A stretch of DNA of 63,071 nt, counting the filler, from Aduncisulcus paluster (Eukaryota): assembly GCA_024181965.1 (NCBI GenBank). It is 12 parts of 12 records of this genome, joined end to end, with 100 filler letters (N's around TTAATTAATTAA, not from the genome) between each part and the next. Parts side by side here need not be neighbours in the genome. Positions count along the whole stretch, not along the records: positions 59,930 to 63,071 come from BQXS01011595.1; 11 more parts are not named here. The stretch is one strand, 5' to 3'. The notes beneath the pieces were generated by a model. That model did no database searches and was not told the DNA's origin. It worked only from the letters and a program-made list of their open reading frames with translations. A program made the position numbers and the translations under genes. Shown here piece by piece: positions 59,931 through 63,071 of the stretch. The number at the start of each line of letters is the position of its first letter. Positions within the stretch are counted from its first letter, which is position 1.

Positions 59931-62900
59931 CTTATTGGGCTTAATGTAGGCTATACCAATGTGGTGGATCTCTCTCCATTGCTTGATGAAACAAATACCA
60001 ATTCCTCTCTGATATTTCTTGATATTTCTGGTTTGCAATTGGATGATTTTGCACAATTGGTGTTGTTTGAAGCCATTGCAGATTTTGTTGCTGCTAATTG
60101 TTTACTCTCTGATGCAGACCTTTTTCATTTGACCACTCAATCATTCACCTCACTTGATCTTTCGAGCAATGGTTTTGTTGACATCTCGCTGTTATATGTG
60201 CATGCAAATACATTACTATCGTTGAATATTTCCCATAATAATATCTGTGGAATTGCAAACACGACAGATCTTTCTGATCTGGATGAGTTCACTGCTATAT
60301 TCAAACATTTAGAACTCGTGGATACTACTGAGCAAGATTCTAACGTTTGCGATTCACATTCCGAGTGCTTGGATGTCAGTATGGAATCTAATACCGTATG
60401 TCGGGAAATTTGGACGGGTGTGTGGCGTGCGGAATGTGTTATGTTTAGCTTCTACGATTCTCATTCTGAATCTCCTTGCACTCTATTTGACGATTTATCA
60501 ACAATTCCGGGGTGTGTGAGTGTTATCGCAGAACATTCCAACAAACAATGTGTGCAAGCTGATGATAGCACGAGTGAAGGGTGCGTTGTTGGATGGTATG
60601 GGGATAATTGTGAAACCGAATGTCCATCGAGTGATGGTGTTGTATGTAGTAACGTGAATAATGAGTGTAATTTTTTAACCCACCAATGTAACTGTCAGCA
60701 GGAGGGTTATGGTGGGAATGTTTGTGATGTTGAACAATGTGCTCTCGTGGATGATAGCTTGTGTGGTCTCTCTGGAACTTGTAAAAAATCATCGGAATCT
60801 ATTTCAAATTGGGAATGTGAGTGTGATTCTTCTTATCATTCTGTTCTGTTCAATGAATCTGCCTATACATGTTCTTCTTTTTGTAATGATGGAGCTGGAT
60901 GTGGGTCGAAATTGTGTACAAATATTGATTCTGATGTTTGGGTGTGTGAATGTGAATCTACAGAATATTTTGATTCTAGTGATAATCAATGTCATTCATC
61001 AAGTAATTGTACTGGATGTTCGAATGGACAATGCATGCTTATTGATGAATTGGGTGAGAATGGTATATTCTGTGTCTGTCTGGGTGATGGAGAATGGTTT
61101 GGGTCAACATGCTCTGCCAAGTGTCCGGTTGATAGTGATGACTCTGTGTGTGGAGGTGTGCTTGGAGATTGCGATGAAATGACGCATGAATGCCAATGCT
61201 TATCGACAGCTTATCTTAATAATGATGGTGCTTGTGAGGATGCTACTTCCGAAGGATTTTGTATTTCTTGTAGTGAAGAACATGGAAGATGCGAGAAGCT
61301 TGATATTATGTCTGACCCTATTTGTACTTGTGATGATGGATACATTGGTGATACGTGTGAAGAAAAGGTTTCTGGTTGTGCAAGTGTCAATATAGAAGGT
61401 GTTCCAACTGTATGTGGTGTGAATGGATATTGTGATGAAAATGAAAATACCTGCAAATGTGATGATTTATGGTTTGGATCTACATGCACTCAGACATGTC
61501 CGACAAATGGTAATGACGATGAATGCAGTGGAAATGGTACATGTTCTGATCACAGTTGCATTTGTAATGATGGATTTTACTCCGATAATTGTATTTGTGT
61601 TGACATTCCCGACAATACTCTTCGGAATTCGATATGTTCAACACTCTCTTTATCTTCTTGTGATTGTATCACTGAATATGATTTATCATTACTCGAAACT
61701 CTTTCATTGAATGGGGTTTGTGATGTATCTGGTCTGTGGTTTGCAACGAACTTAGCAGTATTATCCGTGGTAAATGAAGATTTCTCTTGTTCAACTTCAT
61801 TCACAAATAATTTGACAATAATTCCAGAATCTATTAGTGAATTAATTCTCCAATTTGTAAATTTGGAATCCAATTCCTCTTTTTCTCAGTTCCCTGAGCT
61901 GGTTACTCTTGATTTGTCTTTCAATTCTTCTCTTGAATTAAATGAAATTGGACTATTTCCATCATCTTTATCAAATTTAATTCTTGAAGGATGTTATCAA
62001 ATTGATATTTCAGTCCTATTTGGTGTATTAAAGGATGTGAATGGGAATCCTCTATCTATGTTATCTTCAATTAATCTTTCTAGAACTTATTTTAGTTCTT
62101 TTGAAGGAATCCCAGAACATATCATTCATATAATTGCCAATAACTGTTCGCGTGTCCATAATTTTGATGATGTTAATTTTCGAGCCCTAAGCCGCAATAT
62201 CCAATCTCTTGAAATCGTCAACACATCTGTTTCAACTCCGCCAAATTTATCCATTTTTTCTTCTGAGATGGAAAATTCTTCGATATCCTCATTAAATCTA
62301 TCAAATAATCGGATTGCCGATCCTTCTCCTCTTTATTCACTTCCATTGACTGAACTAATTTTAGAAAATTCTGGTATATGTGGAGTGGATGTGGCTGAAG
62401 GTATAAAGAATATTATGTGGGGAGAATCTAGTTCAAATTATGTTTTATTTTCATTTCACCCAAGTTTGAAATGTAGATGTTCTGACCTCTCTTCCATTGA
62501 TGCCATTAGTTCTGGCAAAGTGTGTGTTGAGTCTGCTCCTGGGTCTGGAGCATGGTATACGACGTGTGCAAGTGCATTTTCCGCGGTATATTCATCCTCG
62601 GGTGAGTTATCATGCGTCATGACTCCTTCGTGCGACGGTGGATGTGCATATGGAGATGAGTGCAAAATAGAAGACAATGGAGATGCTTCGTGTCAATCTG
62701 TTATTGTTGATCCTGGACTTCGTGCACATGTTGGTTCGTTTATCACTGAGCAGCACAAACTTGACGATATGACATTTTCTATGGCAGCACTGCAGACCCT
62801 TACTTCTACAAACTCGTTGTCATATTCCTCTTCTGAGCTCACGGATTTACGTGGTATCGAGCATATGATACATCTGACGGAACTTGATCTTAGCGATTGT

Positions 62901-63071
62901 TCACAACTCTCTAACGTATTTTCGCTTCATTCTCTCGTCGGGTTACAACACCTCGATCTGTCGAACTGTGCCCTATCATCCTCTGTAAACGGTTTGTCAA
63001 ATCTGATCAACTTGCAGAGCCTGAAGTTGTCAAGCACAGGCAGTGGCACTATTGGAACGGATGATGTTGCT
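59931..63071 (+). CDS. Large surface protein with alternating internalin-like LRR blocks and EGF/tenascin-like Cys-rich modules; open at both ends (about 1047 codons)
   Basis: Frame from 59931 reads LIGLNVGYTNVVDLSPL...LDLSSNGFVDISLL...LNISHNNICG, then many C-x-C-x-x-G-[YWF]-x-G-x-x-C EGF ends, then further LRRs (LNLSNNRIADPSPLY). Probably absent from the ORF track because it has no stop in the window. Confidence 0.85.

Overview
This is not one locus. It is 12 contigs/scaffolds joined by artificial 100-nt N-TTAATTAATTAA-N linkers: 1-2358, 2459-5430, 5531-7734, 7835-11255, 11356-15868, 15969-18557, 18658-21078, 21179-25194, 25295-27779, 27880-56881, 56982-59829 and 59930-63071. The DNA comes from a gene-dense, intron-poor, AT-rich microbial eukaryote using the standard code. 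GTATGT..AG introns, NADP-GDH, a divergent ubiquitin and an LRR/EGF mosaic protein suggest a free-living fornicate such as Aduncisulcus or another Carpediemonas-like organism; this is an inference. Recognisable genes: GDH, ubiquitin, PRP17/CDC40, SNAPC3-like, NOT2, UTP12/WDR3, an FG-nucleoporin candidate, syntaxin-16, RPSA, a tandem-RRM protein, a TTLL polyglutamylase, ceramide synthase, a broken TYW1 and a Yak1/DYRK-like kinase in two pieces. Most notable: (1) strong over-representation of the MEF2/MADS-type motif CTAAAAATAG, mostly inside coding sequence, in several frames and on both strands; (2) a secreted LBP/BPI protein with a PA14 domain between its two lobes; (3) an HP1-like chromo + chromoshadow protein with an extra Myb-like N-terminus; (4) a contig with several divergent, decayed CMC/Plavaka-like transposases around an intact RING gene. 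Several near-exact tandem duplications in the 29-kb scaffold are probably assembly artefacts. All family calls are by-eye motif recognition; no database searches were run.
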